DNA of 64,000 nucleotides, taken from contig CAZXWN010000006.1 of the NCBI GenBank assembly GCA_964644695.1, forward strand, positions 196-64,195, in the 5' to 3' direction. This DNA is from an uncultured bacterium (lineage in GTDB: Bacteria; UBP4; UBA4092). Positions 39,173-48,770 of the stretch are shown one piece after another (position 1 is the first letter of the stretch; the number at the start of each line of letters is the position of its first letter). Under the pieces are notes generated by a model that searched no databases, was not told the DNA's origin, and saw nothing but the letters and a program-made list of their open reading frames with translations. Both the position numbers and the translations under genes were made by a program.

Positions 39173-40966
39173 ATGATGGATGATATAAATAAGCCACAAG
39201 ACTTAATCGAAAACCAACCAGAGTTCATCAAATCGGCGAATTACTTATGGATACCCTGGGCGACTTTGTCGGTTATACTTCTGCTTGTTTTTGGCAGTTT
39301 TATTGATAAAGGTGCGGTCACCTGGGCGTTTAATGCTATTCAATATATGCCATTTTTGTATGGAATAACGACATTAGTCTTTTTAGTGTTTTTAATTATC
39401 GGGGGAACTCTTTACAAGAAACAATTAGAACAATGGATTCCCAATCATAGAACTGGGACAATCATCAAAACATTGTTCTTGATTTTGGGGATTCTGATTA
39501 TCCTTTTTCACAGTCCACTATTTCCCCATATGGAAGGGGATACTCTTCCGTCACAAGGGCGGTTTGGATATAGCATTGCTTCAGAACTGTCGCGGTTAAC
39601 GGGAATTTCTTTTTTAGTATCCGTTCAGATTATCTGGAAGTGTGTCGGGGTTATCTACCTGTTATTCTGTTGTTATTTTACGGGTACATTATTTGATCGA
39701 TATTGGGATAAATTAAGTAGTTTTCTATTTATGGTCAGTTATCCTGGCATTATGAATTTTATTGGGTATTATGACAGTTATGGTGATTTCTTTACTTTCG
39801 GGAGTATTTTTCTGGGGAGCTGCTATCTCTGGTATTTAAAACGAAAGTGGATATACTTGATTACTGCGGCTGTGTTCCTGGGATTATCAGGATGGGCTCA
39901 TCACTCTTTTTATGCCTTGCTGTTTTATCCCTTATCAATGTTGATATTGATGTGGATAAAACCAGGGAAACTCTATCATTTTATCAATAAAAGAATTTCA
40001 ATTCTATTCTTACTGGGGATATTGATTCCCGGACTTATCGTGGGATATAAGGGGTCACATAACAGCGTTTATCAAAACATTGGATATATGTTCACAAGGT
40101 ATTACAAAGTGGATGGAATAGTGTCTCCATTTTACCGTCCTTTTGAATTGATTTCTTCCTTCTTACTTTCATATATTTTCTTGATAGCGATGATGCTTAT
40201 TGCAGGAAAAACCAGGTTTTTCACAGTCCGTAACAAGGTTCTTTCTGTTTCTTTATATGCAAGTCTAGGCTTTGTTCTTTCGTATTATCTGGTTCAATTG
40301 CTTATGCCAATAGCTACTTATGAATTATTGGATTTTGTCTGTCAGTCGGGATGTTTAGGTGTTCTGGTCGTTGTTCCAATGATGATATTTCTTTCAAAAA
40401 CAGATTGGAAACAATGGATATATTGTCTGGTGGCATTGAATCTTTTTATTGTTATTCCTAACATGTACATTCATAACTATGGTGGAGTGGAAAGTAGAAT
40501 TTTAGCTTCACTGAAGGATGATCGATCTATATCCGCATGGGAAATGTCGCCTTATGTAACTGTTGGTCTTCACTTCAAAGAGGATAATCAAAAAGAGCTT
40601 GCATATGTAGCATTCAGCCTTGGCGTGAATGATAACAAACCACCGTTCAGAAGATTTTCCGATTCAAATCTTAATTTTTTGACGGCCTGGCAATATGAAT
40701 GGGGGAATTTTAAACCGGGCAAAATAAATATGGAAAAGCTGCTAAAGAGGAACCCCAAAAGTGGCGAGCTCCTGCTCAGTCCTGAAGCGGGATTATCCAA
40801 TCGAAAGTATTACACATTTAATACTTTGATACGGGTGAAAGATGTTTATGAAGTATCTCAAGAACTTTATAAAACAACCGGGGATCCCTATTATCTGAAG
40901 ATAGCGAAGAATGCGAAATATCTTTTATATAAGTATACGGCAGAAGTGTTGAAAAATAAGAAGTAA
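39173..40966 (+). CDS. Polytopic membrane protein, AT-rich, possibly GT-C-like
   Basis: About 11-13 hydrophobic segments followed by a soluble C-terminus; no recognised family. Confidence 0.65.
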   Translation: MMDDINKPQDLIENQPEFIKSANYLWIPWATLSVILLLVFGSFIDKGAVTWAFNAIQYMPFLYGITTLVFLVFLIIGGTLYKKQLEQWIPNHRTGTIIKTLFLILGILIILFHSPLFPHMEGDTLPSQGRFGYSIASELSRLTGISFLVSVQIIWKCVGVIYLLFCCYFTGTLFDRYWDKLSSFLFMVSYPGIMNFIGYYDSYGDFFTFGSIFLGSCYLWYLKRKWIYLITAAVFLGLSGWAHHSFYALLFYPLSMLILMWIKPGKLYHFINKRISILFLLGILIPGLIVGYKGSHNSVYQNIGYMFTRYYKVDGIVSPFYRPFELISSFLLSYIFLIAMMLIAGKTRFFTVRNKVLSVSLYASLGFVLSYYLVQLLMPIATYELLDFVCQSGCLGVLVVVPMMIFLSKTDWKQWIYCLVALNLFIVIPNMYIHNYGGVESRILASLKDDRSISAWEMSPYVTVGLHFKEDNQKELAYVAFSLGVNDNKPPFRRFSDSNLNFLTAWQYEWGNFKPGKINMEKLLKRNPKSGELLLSPEAGLSNRKYYTFNTLIRVKDVYEVSQELYKTTGDPYYLKIAKNAKYLLYKYTAEVLKNKK

Positions 40967-40980
40967 TCCCTTAAAATACT

Positions 40981-41017
40981 AACCCTCCCTATCATTGAGA
41001 GACAGGGAGGGTTTTAT
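40981..41017. terminator. Bidirectional intrinsic terminator
   Basis: aaccctccct/agggagggtt between convergent genes. Confidence 0.7.
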
Positions 41018-41028
41018 TAGAAACTGTA

Positions 41029-42408
41029 TTAGATGCTGACGTTATTGTTACGCAGCAGGGTTTGAACTTTCTTAACATCCACATTTCGGGGAAGAATATT
41101 ATCCTTGATGGAGATAGCCATAGCATATCCAGCGGCTTCACCCATGGTTCGGATAATACCCTGTACCCGCATGGCGGATTGACCTTCAAACGTAGCGGAG
41201 ATACATCGGCCCACCACTAATAGATTTTCAATCTTAAGAGGTACCATCGTCCGATAAGGCAATTCATAGAACCGTTCCCGGCTATGTTCACCAAACTCAA
41301 CCGACACATCCTTTTTAGTGGGTTGATGAATGTCCAGAGGATAGTTTCCTTTAACAATGACATCCTCAAATCGTGCAGGCTTGACTACATCTTGTGCGGT
41401 GAACACATATTCGCCAACAATTCGACGAGATTCACGAACGCCCACCATAGGTGCGGTCAATGCAATAAAGGCATTTTCAAAACCCGGGATATATTTTTTG
41501 CAGAAGGCGGCAACACGTCGAATTTTCTGTCTGCCGATAATTTGAGCATTGGATAAATCTTCGACATCATATCCCTTCACCCGATTGGTAATTCGGGGAC
41601 AGTTAAAAGACATTTCTCCAGGACGCCCGGGCATGGAGAAGTTTTGGAAATAGACAACGTCTTCAGCTGTCACATCGCCAGCGGCGATAGCTTTCTCAAA
41701 TATGGGACCCAACAGCCATTTACCATTAGGAGTATAAGCCGTTTCAACAAAGGGCCATTCGTAACGTACCCCATTCGTTTCATGTTCGTTTAGGAATGCG
41801 CACAATTTATCAAAGTCAATGCCCCCCATATTGAAGCGAAGAGACATCGCCTGATTTAATCCATCTTCCTTACGGCCTGATTCATAGGGAACACCTGCGG
41901 AGACCGAAACATCTGCATCACCTGTCGCATCAATGACTCTCTTGGCCAAGATGGCCTGACGGCCGGATTTTGACTGAAGAATCACCCCTTTGATCACATT
42001 GTTTTCAACAATAGTATCCGCAAAGAAACTGTGATACCGAAGTTTGACTCCAGCTTCCAGACATAAGTCTTCTAAAACATATTTGAGCATTTCGGGATTG
42101 AACCAACCATCGGCAATACCCGGCTGTTCTCCAGAATCGCCTGTTGCCAACATTCTTTGGCGAATTTCTTCGTTAATACCGCCAATCGTGGAGTGGTTGT
42201 CTGCCGTAATCAGCATTAAAGGGGTTACTAATGCTCCGGTCTGAGATCCACCCAGAAAACCAAACTGTTCTACTAAGATTACATCAAGACCTTCTCTGGC
42301 AGCAGCTATGGCGGATATCACTCCACCCGTGCCCCCTCCCACAACAATCAAGTCACACTGAGCCACGACTTCTGTTTTACGGCCCATTTCTTCAATAAAC
42401 TGGTTCAT
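41029..42408 (-). CDS. FAD-dependent oxidoreductase (PF12831-like)
   Basis: DLIVVGGGTGG..AA.AAAR.G, IDATGDAD, RESRRIVG, NLLVVGRCIS; ATG 42408 behind GGAG. Confidence 0.9.
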   Translation of the reverse strand: MNQFIEEMGRKTEVVAQCDLIVVGGGTGGVISAIAAAREGLDVILVEQFGFLGGSQTGALVTPLMLITADNHSTIGGINEEIRQRMLATGDSGEQPGIADGWFNPEMLKYVLEDLCLEAGVKLRYHSFFADTIVENNVIKGVILQSKSGRQAILAKRVIDATGDADVSVSAGVPYESGRKEDGLNQAMSLRFNMGGIDFDKLCAFLNEHETNGVRYEWPFVETAYTPNGKWLLGPIFEKAIAAGDVTAEDVVYFQNFSMPGRPGEMSFNCPRITNRVKGYDVEDLSNAQIIGRQKIRRVAAFCKKYIPGFENAFIALTAPMVGVRESRRIVGEYVFTAQDVVKPARFEDVIVKGNYPLDIHQPTKKDVSVEFGEHSRERFYELPYRTMVPLKIENLLVVGRCISATFEGQSAMRVQGIIRTMGEAAGYAMAISIKDNILPRNVDVKKVQTLLRNNNVSI

Positions 42409-42470
42409 GAAAATCATCTCCGTTAAAATGACAATACATAAATTATAAGTGATAGTTGGCAAATTGGGTT

Positions 42471-42508
42471 AAAACAAAAGCCTCACCGAAATATCTCCGG
42501 TGAGGCTT
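42471..42508 (-). terminator. Intrinsic terminator after DinB-family gene
   Basis: aagcctcaccg/cggtgaggctt with U-tract on minus strand. Confidence 0.75.
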
Positions 42509-42524
42509 CATTCGCCAACTGTTT

Positions 42525-43028
42525 TTATATTGCGGGAGGGTTCATTCCGTAATTGACCCATTCTTCACGACTTGGGCCCATAATTCCGGGGACTTTGAGG
42601 CCTGCCTGACGCATCAGCACTGTCATTTGTCCACGGTGGTGGATTTCGTGACTGAGGAGAACTCCGAGTGTCATTCCCCGCGGCCATTTCTCACCATATA
42701 CATCATCAACAATATGAAGATTTTCATCTGTCCAATTTTTAGCAATTATATCTGCCAGTTCCGATGCGGCCGCCGTGTAGGCTAAAGAAATTTCGTTCGC
42801 TGTTTTCGGGACTGGAGCATCTTTCTTAACTGAATTGATTACTAATCCGATATGTTCCATCATTTCCGGGATAGCTGTTGCTATATGCCAGGCTATCCTG
42901 CCTAAAGTCCGGTCATCATCCGATACTTTTTGAGCCAGAGATTCATCGGTCAATGCTGCCATAACTTTAGAGGTAGCATCTTTGTTGAGTTTCCATTCCA
43001 TGAGGAATTCTTGAATAGAGTGATACAT
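42525..43028 (-). CDS. DinB family protein
   Basis: TLGRIAWHI and HEIHHRGQ..V.MRQAG..VP His triad. Confidence 0.88.
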   Translation of the reverse strand: MYHSIQEFLMEWKLNKDATSKVMAALTDESLAQKVSDDDRTLGRIAWHIATAIPEMMEHIGLVINSVKKDAPVPKTANEISLAYTAAASELADIIAKNWTDENLHIVDDVYGEKWPRGMTLGVLLSHEIHHRGQMTVLMRQAGLKVPGIMGPSREEWVNYGMNPPAI

Positions 43029-43154
43029 AAGTTATTGTCTCCCAATTGATTTTAGATTTAATCCCGAGGTGTCTTTCTTTGTCCGAAACGGTGGACACCC
43101 AATAGTTTGTAATTATTACATAATACCACTTAAGGATAAAAATACTTTTGTGAT

Positions 43155-44102
43155 TTATCCTTTTACACCGCCGATGGTTAATCCACGGATGAAGTATTTT
43201 TGCAGGAATAAAAAGACCAGGAGAATCGGGCCTGCTGCAATGACGGCTCCGGCCATTTGTAATCCAAAATGGACATCGTGTTCCTGCAACTGTTGAAGGA
43301 TGGATAACCCGACCTGTAAGGTGTATTTATTTTCGGTTTTCAGGCAGATCATCGGCCAGAGGAAGTTATTCCAGTTACCGACAAAGACAAAGATACCCAG
43401 GACGGCCAGTACGGGTTTGCACAAGGGAAGAATAATCTTCCAAAAGATGCCGAATTCGGAGCATCCATCAATCCGTGCTGCTTCTTCGAGCCCTGATGGC
43501 ATGGACTGGATATATTGTTTCATCAGGAAAATACCAAAGACTCCGGCGATGGCTGGCAGTATCAAGGCCAGGTGAGTATCATAGAGCCCCAGATTAATCA
43601 TCATAAGGAATAAGGGTACCAGAACCACTTGTCCAGGAATCATCATTGTACAAATCAAGGTCCAGAACAGGAAGTTTCTACCCGGGAAATCACGTTTAGC
43701 AAAGCTGTATCCCGCTAATGAATCGAAGAACAGATTAAAGCAGGTATTGATTGTGGCCAGGAAAAATGAGTTCAAGAACCATGCAACGATTACACCGGTT
43801 GAAAAACGTAATTTGACGGCTTCAATTCCGAATATTTCCGTGAATCCGAGTTGGAGTTTATCAGAATGAAAGGCAAAAATATCTCTGAAGTTATCCAGAG
43901 TGAGGAGTCTTAAATTAAGGTCTGGAGGCATTTTCTGGAGTGCCTCTTTCGGTAGAAATGCTGTCAGGAACATCCAAATCATGGGGATGAAAGATATCAG
44001 ACCCCAGCTGATTAAAAATACATAAGTGGGTATAGTGTACCAAGCTGTCGCTTTCGTCAGTACTTTTTCGCCTTTTTGGATTTCGTCGTTATCGTATGCC
44101 AT
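43155..44102 (-). CDS. Carbohydrate ABC transporter permease (MalG-like)
   Basis: AGYSFAK, MIPGQV.LVPLF, LEEAARIDG EAA motif, WNNFLWP. Confidence 0.93.
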   Translation of the reverse strand: MAYDNDEIQKGEKVLTKATAWYTIPTYVFLISWGLISFIPMIWMFLTAFLPKEALQKMPPDLNLRLLTLDNFRDIFAFHSDKLQLGFTEIFGIEAVKLRFSTGVIVAWFLNSFFLATINTCFNLFFDSLAGYSFAKRDFPGRNFLFWTLICTMMIPGQVVLVPLFLMMINLGLYDTHLALILPAIAGVFGIFLMKQYIQSMPSGLEEAARIDGCSEFGIFWKIILPLCKPVLAVLGIFVFVGNWNNFLWPMICLKTENKYTLQVGLSILQQLQEHDVHFGLQMAGAVIAAGPILLVFLFLQKYFIRGLTIGGVKG

Positions 44103-44124
44103 TATATAGACCTCAAGTCAGGGC

Positions 44125-46749
44125 TTAATATTCAGTGTCACTTTTCAGGAATTTGAATTGAAGTACGGAAACAAACACCACCATGGCAAACAGGAACAAT
44201 GCCTGAGCGGAAGCTACTCCGAATTCGAAAAATTCAAATCCGCGACGATAAATAGTCATTACCAGTGGTGTGGTTGCATAGCCAGGACCACCATTTGTCA
44301 TAATGAGGATTTTTTCAAATATCTGGAAAGAGCCAATTGTACCCATGACCAACAGGTAGAGGGTGGTGGGCCGAATCAGAGGCACCGTAATGTTCCACCA
44401 TCGACGAATGGGGCCGGCTCCATCTAACATTGCACATTCGTGGAGTTCTTTAGGGACACGGCCCATGGCAGCCAGGTAGAGAATAACGCCACCACCGGGT
44501 GCCATCAGCATCCCTGAAAGCATAACAGACATTAAAGCAATATCGGGGTCAGTCAACCAACCGACTTTACCGGAGGTCATTTGGACGCACATGGGACCCA
44601 GGGCGCTGAACAGTTTTACATATACAAATTTGATGGAAAGAAGTCCCACTAAGATGCCGGGAATAGAGAGCCAGACAAGATAGTCTTCCCAAGTGGGTAA
44701 TGGTTTATATTTTTGCAGAATTGCTTTGAAGAAATTCATTAGCAAAAACCATACAAAGACGGCGGCTATGATACATGCAATGTAGGGCAATATAAAGAGG
44801 AAGCCTTTGAAGCTGCTATAGAGTATCGGATACGGTTGCAGTGTCTTGACTAGACCGGTTAAAAGCTGATTAAACAAACCAAAGGAAGGATCGAAGATCC
44901 ATTTCCAAACCATGGCAATAATAACACCGGATATAACGCCTGGCAGATAATAGGCTCCCCGGAAGAAAGTCTGGCTACGATTGGATAATGGGGCAATGAT
45001 ACTTGCAAGAATTAAGGAAACAAGGATGCCCTCGGGAACCATGATCAAGGTATAGAAGAGAGTGTTTGGAATAGCGTATTCCCAGAACACTCCATCATGG
45101 ATTACTTTGTTGAAATTAGATAACCCGATGAAATAGGAGCCGTTTACTGAGAATTTTTGAAAAGCCAACAATAGCGAATAACAAACGGGCATCAATAGAA
45201 ATACTGTAAACACAAATAGTGAGGGTGTAATGAAAAGATAGGACCAATAGTGTTTCTTTAACACTTTTTTGGGGTTGGGTTGTTTCAATAGTAATATTGC
45301 GCATGTGCCAAACAATATTAGAAGAATACTAATTGATATCCAGAGCATTGTGGTGCGTGGAGTTAGTCGTGGACCTTTATATTCTGCCTGGGCCGTTCGT
45401 TCCATTTTGTATTGAGCCAGAATATCCCCAACACCTTTTGCTGCTTCGGTCATGGCCTGTTCAATCGATTTACGATTAATCATGGCCTCCTGCATATTGC
45501 GTTGTACAATTTCATCCATCTTGGTACCTTCAGGATGGAAAGGTGGCATGATGACGCTCTCAAAGGCTTTTTGAATTAAAGCAAAATCCTGGTCATTACC
45601 ATAAATATTTCCAATGGATTTTCTGACAGGAATAACACCAGAGTTGTAATTCATCTTTTGAGCTTCGTCGGACCATGCTAATTCTTTCGCCAGTTCAACA
45701 CACAGTGCCAGTTTTTCTGGGGGATCATTTGGTTTGGGCTTGAATATAACGAAATTACCAACACCGGGGGATGCGATTTCAGGTTTGCCCGTTTTGCCGA
45801 TAGGAGGCATGGCGGCTCGGTAATTGACAGGTTTCCATTCACCTTTCACGGCTTCCGGATCTTTATTGAAGATCTTTTCGTTTCGTTTTTTGAGGGAGAT
45901 GATGGCCCATTCTCCCTGGAAGCTTGCTGCAAGTTTTTTGTCTTTGGATAAAAAAGTATTCCAAACGTCTCCTGAAGGATTCAATCCTCCTGCATTGGGC
46001 AAGGCGACTTTGAATGTGTGCTCTAGATCATAAAGTCGGCGGACACCTGACATGAATTCAGGTGTAGTGACTAAACTAACTGTGAGGTTTGGATCATAGA
46101 ACTGTCCCCCATCGGAATAGAGGGCGCTCCAAGCTTCACCTGTGCCAGGCTGTATACCAAATCCGATACCATAACAATCGATGATGCCGTCACCATCACG
46201 GTCAAAGGTGAGTTTTTTCATTTTGGATACAAACTCATCCCACGTCCACATTCCGTTTACGGGAGGTTCAACTCCGCGTTCTTTAAATACATCCAGGTCA
46301 AGTATTGTTAAATAAACAGTCGCGTACCAGGGGAAAGCGTAAACCTTATCTTCGAAGGAGCATACTTTGAGCGCTTGAGCGTTAACATCGGCTCTTTCTT
46401 CAGGAGTTATGTATTTATCCAGAGGGACAAGGACATCTTGCAATACATAAGCGGGCTTCATGGCTGAGCCACAAATGTCTGGGTAGGTCCCTGAAGCTAC
46501 GGAAACATCAAGTTTCTGGTTACCCCGTCCCCAGGATAGCATGGTATATGTTACTTTCACATTGGGGTGTTTTTTCTCAAAGCGGTGGAAAACTTCTTGC
46601 TGCCATAAGGCGGTAGTATCTTTAGGGCGAGGAAAGTCCCATACTTCAATAGAGATTTTGCCGTCATCTTGTTTTTTGCGGCAGGCGGATAATGGCAAAA
46701 GAATTGCCATTGACAATATTAAAACAATCAACAGTTTTATATAGCGCAT
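44125..46749 (-). CDS. Fusion of lipoprotein sugar-binding protein (SBP family 1) and ABC permease (MalF-like)
   Basis: Lipobox LSAC, SBP motifs (GTYPDI, VYAFPWY), then YLFITPS, YYLPGVIS, ELHECAMLDGA in one ORF; ATG 46749. Confidence 0.88.
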   Translation of the reverse strand: MRYIKLLIVLILSMAILLPLSACRKKQDDGKISIEVWDFPRPKDTTALWQQEVFHRFEKKHPNVKVTYTMLSWGRGNQKLDVSVASGTYPDICGSAMKPAYVLQDVLVPLDKYITPEERADVNAQALKVCSFEDKVYAFPWYATVYLTILDLDVFKERGVEPPVNGMWTWDEFVSKMKKLTFDRDGDGIIDCYGIGFGIQPGTGEAWSALYSDGGQFYDPNLTVSLVTTPEFMSGVRRLYDLEHTFKVALPNAGGLNPSGDVWNTFLSKDKKLAASFQGEWAIISLKKRNEKIFNKDPEAVKGEWKPVNYRAAMPPIGKTGKPEIASPGVGNFVIFKPKPNDPPEKLALCVELAKELAWSDEAQKMNYNSGVIPVRKSIGNIYGNDQDFALIQKAFESVIMPPFHPEGTKMDEIVQRNMQEAMINRKSIEQAMTEAAKGVGDILAQYKMERTAQAEYKGPRLTPRTTMLWISISILLILFGTCAILLLKQPNPKKVLKKHYWSYLFITPSLFVFTVFLLMPVCYSLLLAFQKFSVNGSYFIGLSNFNKVIHDGVFWEYAIPNTLFYTLIMVPEGILVSLILASIIAPLSNRSQTFFRGAYYLPGVISGVIIAMVWKWIFDPSFGLFNQLLTGLVKTLQPYPILYSSFKGFLFILPYIACIIAAVFVWFLLMNFFKAILQKYKPLPTWEDYLVWLSIPGILVGLLSIKFVYVKLFSALGPMCVQMTSGKVGWLTDPDIALMSVMLSGMLMAPGGGVILYLAAMGRVPKELHECAMLDGAGPIRRWWNITVPLIRPTTLYLLVMGTIGSFQIFEKILIMTNGGPGYATTPLVMTIYRRGFEFFEFGVASAQALFLFAMVVFVSVLQFKFLKSDTEY

Positions 46750-46841
46750 ATTTATCCCACACAGTTCTATAGTACTAAATGATGTACACAATAAGTTATT
46801 ACCCTAATACTGTATCACGGTTGTCAATTCGAGAGAATAAG

Positions 46842-46873
46842 AAAAGCCCCCATTTTGTGGATATGGGGGCTTT
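46842..46873 (-). terminator. Intrinsic terminator after pilin-like gene
   Basis: aaagccccca/tgggggcttt. Confidence 0.7.
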
Positions 46874-46895
46874 AATGAATCATAAAGTAATCGAA

Positions 46896-47492
46896 CTAAC
46901 GAGTTACATCATATTTTTCCTGGTCTGCCTGGGTACGAATAATATTGCCTAAAGAGACTGTGCCATTAGATGGATCGTAGTTGGTATAAACACCGTATTC
47001 ACCAAGGAAAGGCGCTGCTTGATTAGAATTGCGGTCAGGACCCCAAGAGTAAATTAACCAGTCACCCGATCGACGGCGTTGGTTTACAAATCCTCCACCA
47101 GCTATACCCTGATATTGCGGAAAATTATAATAAGTATATCGATTGTAAAAAGAGTATGCTAATGAACCTGCTGGTACAGTTAAAAATGGATCAATGGGTA
47201 AGGAACTCAAATATGCCACTGGGGTGGTCAAAAAGGCTGGAATTCTTGAATGGAATGCAGGTTCAGTATAACTATCAGCCCAAGTATAATCTCCCATGGG
47301 TGGATAGGAGTTATTGTCAACATAGTATGATTCTAATCCAGTTGCAACACTTCTCGTTTCACTCTTAACGCGAGAAACTTTAGCTCTTACTTGAGCCGCC
47401 AGGAAGTTTGGAATAGCAATCGCAGCTAAGATGGCAATAATTGCTACGACGATTAACAATTCAATTAGAGTAAATCCTTGTTTTGATGTCAT
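46896..47492 (-). CDS. Type IV pilin / pseudopilin-like protein (copy A)
   Basis: KQG|FTLIELLIVVAIIAILAAIAIPNF cleavage/methylation motif; ATG 47492 behind AAGGAGG. Confidence 0.9.
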   Translation of the reverse strand: MTSKQGFTLIELLIVVAIIAILAAIAIPNFLAAQVRAKVSRVKSETRSVATGLESYYVDNNSYPPMGDYTWADSYTEPAFHSRIPAFLTTPVAYLSSLPIDPFLTVPAGSLAYSFYNRYTYYNFPQYQGIAGGGFVNQRRRSGDWLIYSWGPDRNSNQAAPFLGEYGVYTNYDPSNGTVSLGNIIRTQADQEKYDVTR

Positions 47493-47602
47493 TGATATCA
47501 CCTCCTTTTGCCTGGATTTTAATTCGTTCATTGGTAATAGTCAATTGTTAATTTATGAAATGGCTATTCATGTGAATAGTTAGTCTCATATGGTCTTGTG
47601 TT

Positions 47603-48739
47603 ATGATTAATAAAAGAATAAATACCCTCATGTCAAAAACTGATCTTATAGGACTTCCACTTACTGAACTGTCTACCTTCGTTCAGAACACCCTTGGTGC
47701 CAAACCCTACCGGGCAAAACAGCTGTTTCAATGGTTGTACCGTCGTCGGGTGACGGATATCACTTTAATGACTGATTTATCTAAGGATTTCCGGCAATTA
47801 TTGTCAGAAGAAGCTGAGATAAGCCAGTTAAGGCCTATCCAAAAACTGATTTCCAGTGATGGGACCCGGAAATATCTTTTTCAGCTGGAAGATGGCGAAT
47901 CCATCGAATCGGTAATGATTCCTGGTGAAGACCGTTTAACAGTATGTATTTCATCGCAGGTAGGCTGTGCTATGGGATGTAAGTATTGTCTGACTGGGAA
48001 AATGGGATTTAAACGGAATTTATCATCAGCAGAAATCGTCAATCAAGTTTTGGCGGTGGAATTAGATTTGACTCAGGATCCCCCTCTGGATGAAGCGGGT
48101 CAGCCATTATTACCTAAAGAACATGGTACGGTTGAGCGTTATTTATCTCATGTGGTAATGATGGGAATGGGCGAACCCATGATGAATCTCCCCTCAGTGT
48201 TAGCGGCGATTCAGGTCTTAACCGACCATAATGGATATAACCTTGCTCCCCGAAGGATGACCGTCTCGACTGTAGGGCTTGTCCCGAAGGTTGAGGAATT
48301 TATTGCCGCCAATACAGGAGTTCGACTAGCTATATCACTGACAGCAGGCAGCAATGAGTTACGGAACCAATTATTACCAATCAATCAGAAATATCCCTTG
48401 GAAAAGCTATTACCTGCATTAAAGAATTATCCGACTCAGAATCGGAAACCTATTACGTTCGAATATGTCATGTTAGCTGGTGTGAATGACCGTGCGGAAG
48501 ATGCCCGCGTGTTGATTAAGCAGATTCATGATTTGGAATGTAAAGTGAATCTGATCCCCCTGAATGAATCCCCTGAAATTGAATACCGCTGCCCCTCCGA
48601 TGAGTCCGTTATGGAATTCCAACGCATATTATGGGATGCAAGAATTACAGCGACTGTGCGTGAAAGCCGTGGTCGCGATATACTGGCTGCATGCGGACAA
48701 TTAAAAACACAAACCAAGAAAAACAGCTCCTGCAACTAA
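47603..48739 (+). CDS. rlmN: 23S rRNA m2A2503 / tRNA methyltransferase
   Basis: DGTRKYL, CISSQVGCAMGCKYC, MGMGEPM, NLIPLN, AACGQL. Confidence 0.97.
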   Translation: MINKRINTLMSKTDLIGLPLTELSTFVQNTLGAKPYRAKQLFQWLYRRRVTDITLMTDLSKDFRQLLSEEAEISQLRPIQKLISSDGTRKYLFQLEDGESIESVMIPGEDRLTVCISSQVGCAMGCKYCLTGKMGFKRNLSSAEIVNQVLAVELDLTQDPPLDEAGQPLLPKEHGTVERYLSHVVMMGMGEPMMNLPSVLAAIQVLTDHNGYNLAPRRMTVSTVGLVPKVEEFIAANTGVRLAISLTAGSNELRNQLLPINQKYPLEKLLPALKNYPTQNRKPITFEYVMLAGVNDRAEDARVLIKQIHDLECKVNLIPLNESPEIEYRCPSDESVMEFQRILWDARITATVRESRGRDILAACGQLKTQTKKNSSCN

Positions 48740-48770
48740 GTCAGGAGTCTTACCTGTTTAGAAAGAGATT

